Source: an uncultured virus (IMG/VR IMGVR_UViG_3300022885_000007) (Duplodnaviria > Heunggongvirae > Uroviricota > Caudoviricetes). Taken from it: a stretch of DNA of 64,000 bases. Where the stretch lies: the IMG/VR virus record IMGVR_UViG_3300022885_000007; one strand, 5' to 3'. Position 1 is the first letter of the stretch, and every line of letters begins with the position of its first letter. This document shows, in pieces, positions 1-11,134 of the stretch. The notes under the pieces were generated by a model. That model saw only the letters and a program-made list of their open reading frames with translations. It was not told where the DNA came from and ran no database searches. The translations under genes were made by a program, and so were the position numbers.

Positions 1-301
1 TGATTATGTGCCTGATTGGAATGACAAGTGGGAGACAAAACACATTGCAACATTTCACCCCAGTTTGGGCAAAAGGGGAGAATGGATGCCTTTGCCTAGC
101 CTACGTTTTGATTTTAACTCTATACCGCAATCATCTACCCAGCTTTGCCAACAAGTCTGCGACATCTTGAATGACATTAATTTAAAACCAGTTGGGGTGA
201 AGGCAACCACCGAGAAGCTAGAAGTAGATTGTACTGACTATTATAGCGAGGGAGAATGTAATGACATGCTCTTGCACCAGACCAGAGAAAACAATAAGTA
301 A
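1..301 (+). CDS. Hypothetical protein of the repeated 'CQQVCDILN..LKPVGVK' family (probably 5'-truncated by the window edge)
   Basis: Reads ..DYVPDW..CQQVCDILNDINLKPVGVK, as in ORFs 23528-24088 and 57015-57365. Confidence 0.7.
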   Translation, partial: DYVPDWNDKWETKHIATFHPSLGKRGEWMPLPSLRFDFNSIPQSSTQLCQQVCDILNDINLKPVGVKATTEKLEVDCTDYYSEGECNDMLLHQTRENNK

Positions 302-352
302 ACTAACAGCAGAGCAAGTTACATTACTACAAGAGATAATAGAGGTGAAACA

Positions 353-883
353 ATGACTAAAGAACAAGAGTTACAGAAAGCACTACAAATCGCACAAGAT
401 GCACTAACTGCTTATCAATCTGGGCCTCAGCCGCCTGAGGTGTGGATACCTGATTCAAGGGAAAAATACTACTCAGTTGCGCAGTCTGGGTATCATGTGA
501 ATTTTGCTAACGAGAATAAGAGAACCGACCGGGCGTTAGCTATTAGAGGCAACTGCTATCAAACAGAAGAATTATCACGGAAAGCGGCAGAGTATATGAG
601 AGTTCATGGGTTAATACTTCAAGCTTCTCTTAATGTCGAGGGTGATTTTGAACATCAACTGAGGGATACTACTGAGTGGAAGTGGTCGCCGGGATATAAT
701 AGCGAGGATTGTCGATGGATGCCGATATTTTCACAGATGGTATACCATGGTGAACCGGTACAATCTACAAAATTTAAATGCCAACAAGTCTGTGACATTT
801 TAGACCACATTAAGCTAAGACCAGCAGAATTTTATAATGGTCGGCCCACTGAACCGTTCACTGGAACAATGAGCGTTCGATGA
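353..883 (+). CDS. Hypothetical protein, same repeated family
   Basis: GLILQASLNVE..QSTKFKCQQVCDIL motif; GAGGTG SD upstream. Confidence 0.75.
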   Translation: MTKEQELQKALQIAQDALTAYQSGPQPPEVWIPDSREKYYSVAQSGYHVNFANENKRTDRALAIRGNCYQTEELSRKAAEYMRVHGLILQASLNVEGDFEHQLRDTTEWKWSPGYNSEDCRWMPIFSQMVYHGEPVQSTKFKCQQVCDILDHIKLRPAEFYNGRPTEPFTGTMSVR

Positions 884-1110
884 TAGATTTAAAGTGCAAA
901 GAATGTAAGGTGGGTACGATGCAACGAGTAGATGATACTTGGTTTGTTAAACACAAAAGCAAGAGACTAAGAGTAACAACTCCTTATGACCTATGTGATA
1001 CCTGCGGTTTTGACATAGTTTCATACGAGTATATGAAAGAAGCAGATATTAGTATCAAGAAGGCAAAACTGGCGGCAGATGCCGAAGAAGATTTAAGTGA
1101 TACCGAATAA
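880..1110 (+). CDS. YgiT/MqsA-type zinc-finger protein lacking an HTH
   Basis: CKEC..(~30 aa)..CDTCG followed by a helix, like the MqsA N-terminal domain. Confidence 0.55.
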   Translation: MIDLKCKECKVGTMQRVDDTWFVKHKSKRLRVTTPYDLCDTCGFDIVSYEYMKEADISIKKAKLAADAEEDLSDTE

Positions 1111-1307
1111 CCTATATAGATGTGGTTGGTGTGGACTGCCTACAGATAAAGAAGGTCGAGTGACTTCCATGTTTGAAGTTGGGCGCATATCGGATATTGA
1201 TGAGGTTTGGAAAGACGCAGAGCATGTACATGGTGAGTGTTGCAGAAATGATATGCAAGACGCAGAAGATTATTATAACAGAAGGTTAAGAGAAGAGGAA
1301 TAATGAT

Positions 1308-1670
1308 ATGAGACCAACTTTAAGTATAGCCATAGTCGGAGGCAGAGACTTTGATGACTACCCACTACTAGAATCTACGATGGATTTTTACTTAGGTGGT
1401 GAAGAACTTGACGTATGTATTGTGTCGGGCGGTGCCAAAGGTGCAGATACTCTTGGGAAACGATATGCAGATGAAAAAGGCCTGACAACTATAATCTTTG
1501 TTGCTGACTGGAATACTCATGGTAAGAGTGCAGGTTATAAACGTAACGTAAGTATCGTTAAGAACTCTGATGCTGTAATAGCCTTCTGGGACGGTAAGTC
1601 CAAAGGAACCAAACATACCATAGACCTTGCCAATAAAGCTGACAAGCCGGTATTGACAATTAACTACTAA
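1308..1670 (+). CDS. SLOG superfamily protein (DUF2493/YspA-like)
   Basis: IVGGRDF, SGGAKGAD, AGYKRN and FWDGKSKGT motifs. Confidence 0.8.
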   Translation: MRPTLSIAIVGGRDFDDYPLLESTMDFYLGGEELDVCIVSGGAKGADTLGKRYADEKGLTTIIFVADWNTHGKSAGYKRNVSIVKNSDAVIAFWDGKSKGTKHTIDLANKADKPVLTINY

Positions 1671-2450
1671 AAGAGGAAGAGGAAAAGTAAATGACTGAGA
1701 TTAGCGATTTAACAGCAAAGGGTGAACCTTTTGAGCATCCCAATATAAAATTCTGTCCAAAGGACGGCGATGCTTTGATGATAGACAAGATAGGATTTCA
1801 TTATCGAGGGAAAACAATAACTGATGCTGGTAAAGCATACACCATCTTTATGGAAGTTCTGAATGGTATGAAGGATGAGATTGATAACCGTGATTGGTTA
1901 CCAGAAAAAGAGGAGAAAGTTAAAGATGGATTCTAATAAAATTGCAATGTTGCTTTCGGTTCTATTTGTTCTAATTTTAATGGCGACAGTTATGGGCGCC
2001 AAATCCGGAATAGCGCAAGAGAACAGGCGGTGGGAAATTAAAACAGCACAAACAGAGTGTGCAAGGTATCATCCTGATACTGGGGAATTTGAGTGGATAA
2101 AGGAGACTTTAAATGAGTAAGATTGATTACAGAGAACTCGCACACGTATTGACAACTCCTCGACAAACAGGAGTGACCACTGCGATGTGTCGCCAAGCAA
2201 TTTCGTTAGATGCAACTCTTATCGTACACAACTACTCAGAAGTAGTACGATTGAATGTGGCACACGGAGTAAAGACGGTCACATTAAATCACTTAGAAAG
2301 ACTCATGGGGCTAGGGAAACCAGTCCTAATAGATCATAACGCCTTAGCGATTGTTATACATCGAATGCAAGACGAAATAGATGAGTTGAAAGAAAAGTCA
2401 GAACTCGCAGATAAACTCAAGTTTAGATTAAAAGAAGTATTAGGAGAATA

Positions 2451-2621
2451 ATGAAGAAGAATCCCAAGATAGCCTTAAAGGGTGGTGCTGAGTTGGATGC
2501 ACTTACCAAGTCGAGGAGATGGTACTCATATTTAACCAAATCAACTGTAGCCAAGAAGCTCAAACGACAGTACAATAAACGATTCAGGCGAATCGCCAAG
2601 AAAGAGATAAGAGACGAATAA
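2451..2621 (+). CDS. Small basic hypothetical protein (56 aa, below the ORF-track cutoff)
   Basis: TAATG overlap with the upstream gene, AGGAG SD, reads MKKNPKIALKGGAELDAL..KRQYNKRFRR. Confidence 0.6.
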   Translation: MKKNPKIALKGGAELDALTKSRRWYSYLTKSTVAKKLKRQYNKRFRRIAKKEIRDE

Positions 2622-2634
2622 TGATCTTAGGTGC

Positions 2635-2663
2635 TTGACTTTTAAACGAGTAGCATGTATAAT
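2635..2663 (+). promoter_or_regulatory. sigma70-type (early) promoter
   Basis: TTGACT-N17-TATAAT. Confidence 0.8.
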
Positions 2664-3089
2664 AGACGAATGAGTTTCTTACTACAGTTTAATTCCTTGC
2701 GTATACGTAAGTATAAGCCAGCAATGACCAAAAAGAACATTGCTAAGTGGAAACTTGGTATGGTGGTAAAGAATAAACAACTCAAAAAATTAGGTCAGTC
2801 TAAGATGAACTTTGAGCAGTATGTTGACTATGCACATGGCATCGCACCAAAAAGAGACTTAAAACGAGACAGAAGTGTTTATCAACCACCACAAGAAACA
2901 CATCGCACAACGATAGACTATCCAAGTGTACCAATGTCTACTAAAGGTAACACGACCAAAAAAGACTCGTTATATTATACGGGTGAGCGTAAACTGTTAG
3001 GTATTGCAACAATGCACAAGAGTAATGCCGTGCCTATTTTTGAAGATGATAAACAACATGCAATTGATATTGCCAGGATGAGACGATGA
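2655..3089 (+). CDS. Conserved T4-like phage hypothetical protein (true start probably downstream of 2663)
   Basis: C-terminal GIATMHKSNAVP..DIARMRR motif; the listed start overlaps the promoter. Confidence 0.6.
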   Translation: MYNRRMSFLLQFNSLRIRKYKPAMTKKNIAKWKLGMVVKNKQLKKLGQSKMNFEQYVDYAHGIAPKRDLKRDRSVYQPPQETHRTTIDYPSVPMSTKGNTTKKDSLYYTGERKLLGIATMHKSNAVPIFEDDKQHAIDIARMRR

Positions 3090-3488
3090 ACAGGAAAGCA
3101 AGCCATGTTGATAGCCGAAATTATGATGCTGAAGCAAAAAACTTATTGAAAGAAGTTAAAGGCAGCCAAATCTATGCTTTGTATGATTTGGCTATTACAC
3201 AATTAAAGAAATCGTGCAGTGACGAAAGACGCAGGGAATTAGAGGCTGTTAAAAAAGCCGTTGAAAAAATACCACACATTGATAGGCCACGACTAGCAAA
3301 GATTATTCGAGGGTATCGAAGTTCTATGGCCCAAGATGCCAGAGCCGTTGATGGTAATACCAAGAAAGAACGAAAAAAAGGATAAAAGAACATTTATCAT
3401 GAATCTCAGATTTTATGATAATGTATTATGTGGCAGGGTTATTTGGGTTTCTAACAGATGCGATAGGTTTCGTGTTTGCCCAAAATAC

Positions 3489-3517
3489 TTGCATTCAATA
3501 CTGAATTGCCATATAAT
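3489..3517 (+). promoter_or_regulatory. sigma70-type promoter
   Basis: TTGCAT-N17-TATAAT. Confidence 0.6.
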
Positions 3518-3575
3518 AGCGTCACGGTAAAGGGGTTCCTTTACTGACACACAACAAAACTAAGAGGAAACATGC

Positions 3576-3854
3576 ATGAAAACTTCAACAACTTTTGTAC
3601 CAAAAGGCAAGAAACTTGTAACAGCTTTACAAAAAGGTGAAAATCTTACTGCAAAGCAAATTGCCGCACGATTTGGAATCGGTAACCCAACAGCTTGTAT
3701 TAGCGACCTACGTCTAAGAGTAGGATACGCAATTTATGGCAATCCTACTAAAAACTCTAAAGGAGTTTCAGTAACAAAGTATCGTTTGGGTACACCAACA
3801 CGTAAGGTCGTAGCCGCAGGTTACAGAGCGTTAGTAGACGCTAAATCAGCCTAA
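3576..3854 (+). CDS. Small helix-turn-helix DNA-binding protein
   Basis: LTAKQIAARFGIGNPTACISDLR..YRLGTP. Confidence 0.6.
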   Translation: MKTSTTFVPKGKKLVTALQKGENLTAKQIAARFGIGNPTACISDLRLRVGYAIYGNPTKNSKGVSVTKYRLGTPTRKVVAAGYRALVDAKSA

Positions 3855-3932
3855 TTAACTAGTTGATTCGGTTTGGGGTGAGCCTTGCAGGAAGCAAAAT
3901 CTCCCCAATTTTACTTCTCGTGGTAATTTCAC

Positions 3933-4361
3933 ATGAATAATTTATTTCATTCTATAATGATAAAGTTAGATAGATACAGGCTAATTCCTGATCGATTCTC
4001 TGGTGCAGATTATATGCATCGTTATTATCTTTTCTTAAAAGACCGCAATACATTTCCTTTTAACCTCACACTTCACAAGATTGTTAAAAGTGACGAACCT
4101 TTTTTACATGATCACCCATGGTCGTATATAACAATTATATTGCGAGGTGGTTATTGGGAAAATACTATCGATGGGAGAACTTGGAAAGGTCCTGGTAGTA
4201 TTATCAAACGTAAAGCAAAAGACTATCATTGGCTTGAATTAGACAACGATAATCCTGCCACCACACTGTTTTTTATGGGTCGCCAACAAAGAAATTGGGG
4301 ATTTCTAAATAATAAAAATGAATGGATTGAGCACGAGGAGTTTTTGGATGAACGGATTTAG
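3933..4361 (+). CDS. Cupin-fold protein
   Basis: HDHPW..LRGGYWE..YH motif. Confidence 0.7.
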   Translation: MNNLFHSIMIKLDRYRLIPDRFSGADYMHRYYLFLKDRNTFPFNLTLHKIVKSDEPFLHDHPWSYITIILRGGYWENTIDGRTWKGPGSIIKRKAKDYHWLELDNDNPATTLFFMGRQQRNWGFLNNKNEWIEHEEFLDERI

Positions 4362-5188
4362 AGAGTTAGAAGAGAAACTGACCAACGAAGGTTGGTATGT
4401 GGGCTGGGGAGAACCCTGTTGTTCGAGTTGTGCATGGTCATGCCTTCCCGATGAACACGAGACTGGTCCGTTCAAGGGACAAGAAATAGACCTTTGCAAA
4501 GTGTTGTTCAATCACGAACAAGATTGTGAGAACGAGGAGAACGTCGAAGTGTATGGGCGCGATTATGATTTAGAGGATGAAGAGGATGAGGAAGAGTACG
4601 AGGGCCCTATGCTAACATACACTCCCGAAGAACAAGACTCTAGTTCATTTTGTTTTGCAGGTGATAAGCAAGGTGTTAAGAACTTAAAAGCAATCATACC
4701 TATTATCACGAAATGTGGATGTAAAATTAATTGGAGTGGGGAAGGCACTGAGCGTCCTACCATCTCCTGGGAGTTATTATAAATGGAAGATACTATTATA
4801 TTATCAATATGCACGTTTTGGTTAGGTTGGTTTCTCAGTAAAAAATATCGGGACTTCAAAGCTAACCTTCTGTTAACGCGCCTACTGGAAAAGATTGACG
4901 AAGAGGACAAACCCGAAGACAAAATTCATACGAGTTTTTCTATGTGCTATATCGAAGAAGACCTGAGTAAAATGCTTCGGTTGTACAATGAAGATACCCA
5001 TAAATATATGTGCCAAGGTAAATCATATGAGGAACTGGCAGAAAAAGTGTACACAGATTTAAAAATGGAGGTGTGTTTAGCGAAGGCTGGTGACACGGTA
5101 ATGTGGTTTATTAGAGGTGAACCGCGAGAAGCAGAAAGAATCAGCTAATAGCTTACTTGGCTAAATATACATATATTAGGAGATTTAA

Positions 5189-5542
5189 TTGACACACGTA
5201 GTAACTGAAGCATGTATTAAGTGTAAACATACGGATTGTGTGGTTGTATGTCCCGTAGATTGTTTTTATGAAGGTGCAAATTTTTTAACAATCAGTCCTG
5301 ATGAGTGCATAGACTGTGGTGTCTGTATTCCAGAATGTCCAGAAAATGCCATCTTTGCTGATACTGAAAAGAACATAGTTGAAAAAACTGGTCAAGACAT
5401 GGAGTACTGGGTTAAGTTAAATGGTGATCTTGCAGAGAAGTGGGAAGACGCAAACATCGTAGACAAGAAAAATGTCCTTGAAGATTATGCTAAGTGGCAA
5501 AATAGGCCGATCGGCGAGAAAATTTTTTTATTGGAGATATGA
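5189..5542 (+). CDS. fdxA: 7Fe ferredoxin (FdxA family)
   Basis: [26 protein letters not shown] and [15 protein letters not shown] start with AGGAG SD. Confidence 0.92.
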   Translation: MTHVVTEACIKCKHTDCVVVCPVDCFYEGANFLTISPDECIDCGVCIPECPENAIFADTEKNIVEKTGQDMEYWVKLNGDLAEKWEDANIVDKKNVLEDYAKWQNRPIGEKIFLLEI

Positions 5543-5546
5543 TACA

Positions 5547-5774
5547 ATGAGTAAAAAATACATACATGTTAATCAACATAAAATTCGTGATAACAAGAAA
5601 AATGGCACCAATGAACCAGTGATCACTATCAAAGAAGGCAGAAAAAATACTTACTGCCACGAAGTAGAGATACTTGGTCCTAGTAAAATGTTTTATGGAG
5701 GCAATGACAAGCCAATATTACCTTGTGGCGCCCGAGTGGTAATAGAAACGGAAGCAGAAGTGGCATTTAAATGA
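5547..5774 (+). CDS. Conserved phage hypothetical protein
   Basis: IHVNQHKIR..CGARVVIET. Confidence 0.6.
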   Translation: MSKKYIHVNQHKIRDNKKNGTNEPVITIKEGRKNTYCHEVEILGPSKMFYGGNDKPILPCGARVVIETEAEVAFK

Positions 5775-6193
5775 AAGCGAAATTTATAAATTACTTTATG
5801 TCTATGGCAGAATTAACGTCTACCCTCAGTTATGCTAAAAGACTTAAAGTGGGAGCATTGATTGTTAAAGGCAATCGCATCGTTGGTACAGGTTACAATG
5901 GTATGCCGACGGATTGGGACAACGATTGTGAGGTAGTAACGGGTGATACACTCACAACCAAACCAGAAGTTCTCCATGCTGAAACAAATGCTATCGCAAA
6001 GGTAGCACAAAGTACAGAGACTAGTGAAGGCTCTACTATGTTTTGTACTCATGCACCTTGTTTAGATTGTGCAAAACTTATCTATCAATCTGGCATAGCC
6101 ATTCTCTATTACAGAGACACATACAGGGATGATACTGGATTAAAGTTTTTAGAATTGAGCGGTGTTGAGATACATCATCACGGGACAACATGA
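5771..6193 (+). CDS. dCMP deaminase
   Basis: GYNG, HAETNAI and PCLDC zinc motifs. Confidence 0.93.
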   Translation: MKAKFINYFMSMAELTSTLSYAKRLKVGALIVKGNRIVGTGYNGMPTDWDNDCEVVTGDTLTTKPEVLHAETNAIAKVAQSTETSEGSTMFCTHAPCLDCAKLIYQSGIAILYYRDTYRDDTGLKFLELSGVEIHHHGTT

Positions 6194-6780
6194 CATTAAA
6201 ATGTATCCCTAAGGAAGAAATGATTGATTTAAAATTACATATAAGGACTGTGCTAGATTTCCCCATCAATGGGATAGAATTTAGAGATATTACCAGCCTA
6301 TTAGAAAATCCTAAGGCATTCAACCTGGCGTTACTGGATTTAGGATTGTTGGTTATCAATTTTGACACAACTAAAATTGTTGGTATAGAGAGCAGAGGAT
6401 TTATTTTTGGCGCTCCACTCGCAAGAGACTTAGATTATCCATTTATAATGGCAAGAAAGCCAGGCAAGTTGCCTAATCCTACTTACAAGCGAGATTTTGA
6501 TTTAGAATATGGAAGCACAAGTTTAGAGATACAAAAAAATACTGAACTTTTTGAAAAGGACAGGGTAACAATTGTAGATGATCTGATCGCTACTGGTGGA
6601 ACAGCAATAGCATGCGCAGAGTTGATACACGAGAATTTTCTTATACCTAAAGAAAACATCAGTATAATTGCAGTTATTGATTTACCTAGTCTAGGTGGAA
6701 GTGATGCCATTAGAAATGCAGGATACACAGTAAACACACTAATTGAATTTAAAGGAGAACTATCAGATGAACCTAATTAA
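6190..6780 (+). CDS. apt: Adenine phosphoribosyltransferase (start may be 6220)
   Basis: DFP..GIEFRDI, GIESRGF, RKPGKLP, LEYG and the IVDDLIATGGT PRPP motif. Confidence 0.93.
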   Translation: MTLKCIPKEEMIDLKLHIRTVLDFPINGIEFRDITSLLENPKAFNLALLDLGLLVINFDTTKIVGIESRGFIFGAPLARDLDYPFIMARKPGKLPNPTYKRDFDLEYGSTSLEIQKNTELFEKDRVTIVDDLIATGGTAIACAELIHENFLIPKENISIIAVIDLPSLGGSDAIRNAGYTVNTLIEFKGELSDEPN

Positions 6781-7361
6781 AGATAGATTTGAGCATAAAG
6801 CAGGCACTGTTGTGTATGAATTCATCGGACATGATTATGGGTGCAGAAGGGACGATGAATGGTGTACTAAAACACCTCATTCTGTAGTAACATTAGAGTC
6901 AGATGGGTCAGGAGCATTCTTCACTGTACCAACAGAGGATTTATCATAAAACACGATCATGGACCATGGCGTAGATTTAACGAATGGATAGACGATCTAC
7001 CTTGGCAAGAATATGGTGGTGTTCTTGTCGAAACAAGAACCGTACCCGTAAGTGGTCCTTTTCCAGAGGGCCACGGAATGCATGGGTTGAATGAGTGGGA
7101 TGAAGTTCAATGTACAACAACAAAAATGCTTTCGTATCGTCCTATAGAAAGACGGGTGATATGGGAGGCTAAGACTTATTGTGGAGTAGGCGTACCCACC
7201 GACCATCTGGAGAGGGTGCATATAAGAGAGTTTGAGAATGCGATGGAAGTAAAGAAGAACAAGGGAAAGAGGGTTTTGAAAAAGATACAGCCCATGACCA
7301 TAGAGCTTGCGCCCGAAGGTGGATCACCTTACCCACCCGACTTTTATGAGGAGATTTAAGA

Positions 7362-7889
7362 ATGAAAGACCTTATTTTAATGGCATTAGCACATGAAGCG
7401 CCTCATATGGCTAAATGGGACAACGTATTCTTTACTGGAGTAGGTAAAGTCAATGCCGCACTTACGGCCGCAAGATTAATCGAAATATACAATCCTAGGA
7501 CTGTTTGGAACTTTGGGACAGCAGGTGGTATTAAGTTAGACAAGGGATTGCATGAAATGAAGAATTTTGTTGAACGAGATAGAGGCAAGTGTCCCGAATC
7601 TATTCAACTGGTTCTTCCAACTGATCCGGTTGTATTATCTTTTGGCATAGGATATACTTGTAGCACAGGAGACAATTTTGTCACTGATCCTAATTTAGAA
7701 ATACCTGCGCATGTGGTTGACATGGAAGCATATGCAATTGCAAAAGCATGCAACAATCAATACCTTGAATTTAAGTGTTTTAAATACGTGAGTGATAGTG
7801 CTGACGAAGGGGCTGATACTGAATGGTTAACCAACATACAAGCAGGCGAAAATCATTACATAACAACATACCAAAGCTATGTCTCTTAG
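7362..7889 (+). CDS. MTA/SAH nucleosidase-like protein (PNP/UDP family)
   Basis: GVGKVNAA, NFGTAGG, TGDNF, DMEAYAIA and KYVSD motifs. Confidence 0.85.
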   Translation: MKDLILMALAHEAPHMAKWDNVFFTGVGKVNAALTAARLIEIYNPRTVWNFGTAGGIKLDKGLHEMKNFVERDRGKCPESIQLVLPTDPVVLSFGIGYTCSTGDNFVTDPNLEIPAHVVDMEAYAIAKACNNQYLEFKCFKYVSDSADEGADTEWLTNIQAGENHYITTYQSYVS

Positions 7890-8114
7890 AGGAGGGATAA
7901 ATTACATGAAAGATAAGTATCACACATTTACAAATGATAACAAAAAAGCAGAAGTCTTTTTAGACACAACCGCAGGCCCTAAGGGAATTTGGATAGTTGA
8001 GTGTTCGGAAAAGAAAGAACTGGTGAAATTATTTACAGTGGCCAATGAAAAAGCCGCAGAACTTTTGTCAGATGAATGGGTTATGGGCGAACTAAAAATT
8101 GATAGGTAGAAGAT

Positions 8115-9221
8115 ATGATAATTAAAGAATTACTGCGCGAAGACGAGAATGTTTCTCGCCATAAACCACATCTATATTTAGATATGGATGGAGTCCAGGC
8201 TGACTTTGATAAATCATGGTGTGAGTTTGAAGGGGTTAGTGATTGCGAAGACATAGCCAACCCAGAGCAGTCAATACAGCGTTTGGCAGCCGGCGGATCT
8301 GACGCTGTATACGAGTTTTTCCGCGATCTGGAGACCCTAAGGGGAGGCCTAAGCGTTATTAAGTGGCTACAACAACATAATATCAACTATACAATACTTT
8401 CTGCACCTTTAAGGTATGATCCTGAGCCAAGTATCAAAGGCAAGCAAGAATGGCTTGATAAACACCACCCAGGAACGTCTGAGGACGCCATATACACATC
8501 TAACAAGTACAAGTATGCAACTGACAAAAATGGCAATCCCAACGTGCTAATCGACGATTACAGCAAGAATATAGTCCCATGGGACAACGCAGGGGGCATA
8601 GCAATCACGCATGATCCAGCTGATGCAGGGCCCACAATCAAAGCACTTGAGCAGATATATCTCAAAGATGAGATAGATGAAGCAAGTCCTGACACATTAG
8701 AGGGTAGTTTTACCCCTGATCTACAGTATAGTAAAGTCTGGTTACTAGATGAGGTACAGAAGATACTAAAGAAAGCCAAAGTACCAAATTTAGATACTAT
8801 CTATAACTTAGGTAGTTGGTACAGTAACATGGGATTGTTCTTAGTTGCGAACAAGTTAGGGTTTAACAAGTTAATCAACGTTGATATAGATGAGAATACA
8901 TTGACAACAGGAGCAAAACTACTAGATAAACTCGGTATATCTGATAAAGTAGAACATATGCACAAGGATGCCAATACAATAGACTACAGACAACTTAAAT
9001 CTCCTGGACTAGTTATCAATACATCGACTAATGACATTGATGGAGATGATTGGTTAAAGAATATCCCTGAGGGGACATTAGTTGCAATGCAAGGTAGACA
9101 CGGAACACTAGCAGAATTTGACAATCAATTCCCATTGAGGAAAACATACTTTTTAGATGAAGTTGAACTGGAAGATCCAGAGACTGAATATGAAAGGTTT
9201 ATGAAAATAGGTGTTAAATGA
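8115..9221 (+). CDS. Fusion of a HAD 5'(3')-deoxyribonucleotidase-like domain and a class I SAM-methyltransferase-like domain
   Basis: LDMDGV, ILSAP, LIDD; then NLGSWY..VDID..DAN..INTS. Confidence 0.7.
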   Translation: MIIKELLREDENVSRHKPHLYLDMDGVQADFDKSWCEFEGVSDCEDIANPEQSIQRLAAGGSDAVYEFFRDLETLRGGLSVIKWLQQHNINYTILSAPLRYDPEPSIKGKQEWLDKHHPGTSEDAIYTSNKYKYATDKNGNPNVLIDDYSKNIVPWDNAGGIAITHDPADAGPTIKALEQIYLKDEIDEASPDTLEGSFTPDLQYSKVWLLDEVQKILKKAKVPNLDTIYNLGSWYSNMGLFLVANKLGFNKLINVDIDENTLTTGAKLLDKLGISDKVEHMHKDANTIDYRQLKSPGLVINTSTNDIDGDDWLKNIPEGTLVAMQGRHGTLAEFDNQFPLRKTYFLDEVELEDPETEYERFMKIGVK

Positions 9222-9871
9222 TTTATTTTGAAGATGACTTCTTACCAGAAGATCAATTTTTAGCACTAAAAGCGCAAGTTGAATCTAAGTATAAGCCTAT
9301 AAAACCTAGAAAGTTATTCGCTAACTATGACTACAGACTAGAACCAGACAAATTTATTCTGCCTGTAGCACGAACAGGTAACTGGATGGATAGTTGTACA
9401 CAAGCGGTCGAATGTATCCCTGCTTTGCAAAAAATGGAAGACACACTGAAGTCATTGGGCATACAAGAATTAAAGAACTGGTCATCTTGGTTTCAATATT
9501 CAGTAGATACAATGTCTCTTCCTGTCCACAGAGATCAATCAGTAAGAAAGAGTTTACCTAAAGATACTTACACTGCTGTTATCTATACAAGTGATTGGAA
9601 GCCTAATTGGGGAGGAGAATTTGTTGTAGGCAAGCCAGTCTTTGATAGACCAGGCGGAAATGTAAAATCATTAACAAACTTTACTCACACTATCGAGCCT
9701 AAACCAAATCGTATGACTATATGGAGCAGAGAAGAATGGCATATGGTCAATGCACTAACTGTTAATGATCCTGACTATGTTAGATCATTCATGGGTACTA
9801 GCTGGAGTTCAGTAGAAAACAGTGAATATGAAAATAACCCATATCAACGTTTTTACTTTACTGAAAGATGA
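9218..9871 (+). CDS. 2OG-Fe(II) oxygenase (prolyl-4-hydroxylase-like)
   Basis: EDDFL, HRD, WKPNWGGE, PNR, WH..R. Confidence 0.85.
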   Translation: MIYFEDDFLPEDQFLALKAQVESKYKPIKPRKLFANYDYRLEPDKFILPVARTGNWMDSCTQAVECIPALQKMEDTLKSLGIQELKNWSSWFQYSVDTMSLPVHRDQSVRKSLPKDTYTAVIYTSDWKPNWGGEFVVGKPVFDRPGGNVKSLTNFTHTIEPKPNRMTIWSREEWHMVNALTVNDPDYVRSFMGTSWSSVENSEYENNPYQRFYFTER

Positions 9872-10524
9872 TATACTACCAAGATAATTTTTTACCCCAA
9901 GAACAGTTTGAAGCCTTAGCGAAAAGAGTACAAGGAAGATTTGGAACTGGAGACACACGTAGCTTAGTTGAAGATTCTGATGAGCCAGTAAGATTAACTT
10001 ATCACGACCACACTGGGAATTGGCGTGAAGGGTGTAATTTTCTAGGACATGAATGTATTCCAGCTATAGAAAAAATCATTGCGACTATGGAAGAGAACAA
10101 CATTGAAAATATAAAAAACTGGTCTGTATGGTTTCAATATATTATTGACACCATGACTTTGCCGCCACACCAAGATACAGGTTTGCGTAAAAGTGATCAA
10201 GCAAATACATACACTGCGGTTATCTATACAAGTGATTGGAAGCCGGGATGGGGCGGCGAGTTTATCGTAGGTGAACCAGTCTACAAAGAACTAGAGCCAT
10301 CACTAGCTAAATCAATGATTCATGCCAGAGCAGACTCGCTTACTAATTTAACGCATGTAATTGATCCAGTACCAAATCGGATGTTGATGTGGAGCAGAGA
10401 AGAATGGCATGCAGTAAACAAAGTTACTGTTAATGATCCGAAATACATGAGAGCGTTCTTTGGAACTGGTTGGAGTTCGATAGACGTAAATGCTATAGCC
10501 CGCAATGCAACAGAGCACGGATAA
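9868..10524 (+). CDS. 2OG-Fe(II) oxygenase, paralogue of the upstream gene
   Basis: HQD, YTAVIYTSDWKP.WGGEF, PNR, EEWH. Confidence 0.85.
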   Translation: MIYYQDNFLPQEQFEALAKRVQGRFGTGDTRSLVEDSDEPVRLTYHDHTGNWREGCNFLGHECIPAIEKIIATMEENNIENIKNWSVWFQYIIDTMTLPPHQDTGLRKSDQANTYTAVIYTSDWKPGWGGEFIVGEPVYKELEPSLAKSMIHARADSLTNLTHVIDPVPNRMLMWSREEWHAVNKVTVNDPKYMRAFFGTGWSSIDVNAIARNATEHG

Positions 10525-11134
10525 TAATATGATATTTAAAGAAGACAATTTTTTACCAATCGATGTGCTTGACAAGTTAAGTGACAAAACAGCATATCTT
10601 TATAAATTGGCTAAAGTAGAAACATCCTTTCTGAATATCACGGTACCAGTGATAGACGATGATAATGGTGTATACGAAATTACTCAAAGTAAGCAATTTT
10701 GCAAACGATTTAGATTTTTCTGTAACGGCGATGATGTAATGAAAGAAACAGTGGATTTCTTTGGAGAAGACATAGAAAAAGTGATACTGTGCACCAAGCA
10801 ATACATCATTGATCAGGGTTGGAAAGACATCAAGTTAAGTAATGTATGGTTTCAGTACGGAGATACCGAATCACTGATGCATAGACACACTGACGGACAA
10901 ATACGCGGTGTAGAATATCAAAATTGTCTTACGTCTATGATTTTCTGTCACAAAAAATGGGATGATGATTGTGGAGGTATCTTCAGAGCAGTAGATGGCG
11001 ATACTACCAAATCATTCGGGCCCACGCCTAATCGTTTAGTTGTATGGAACAGAAATCATGCTCACTGGATGACGCCTATAGTCAAGGAATGCCCACTTAG
11101 AATGTTTATCGGAATGTCTTGGTATGCAAAATAA
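10505..11134 (+). CDS. 2OG-Fe(II) oxygenase
   Basis: EDNFL, HTD, WDDDCGG, PNRLV, H..R. Confidence 0.8.
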   Translation: MQQSTDNNMIFKEDNFLPIDVLDKLSDKTAYLYKLAKVETSFLNITVPVIDDDNGVYEITQSKQFCKRFRFFCNGDDVMKETVDFFGEDIEKVILCTKQYIIDQGWKDIKLSNVWFQYGDTESLMHRHTDGQIRGVEYQNCLTSMIFCHKKWDDDCGGIFRAVDGDTTKSFGPTPNRLVVWNRNHAHWMTPIVKECPLRMFIGMSWYAK

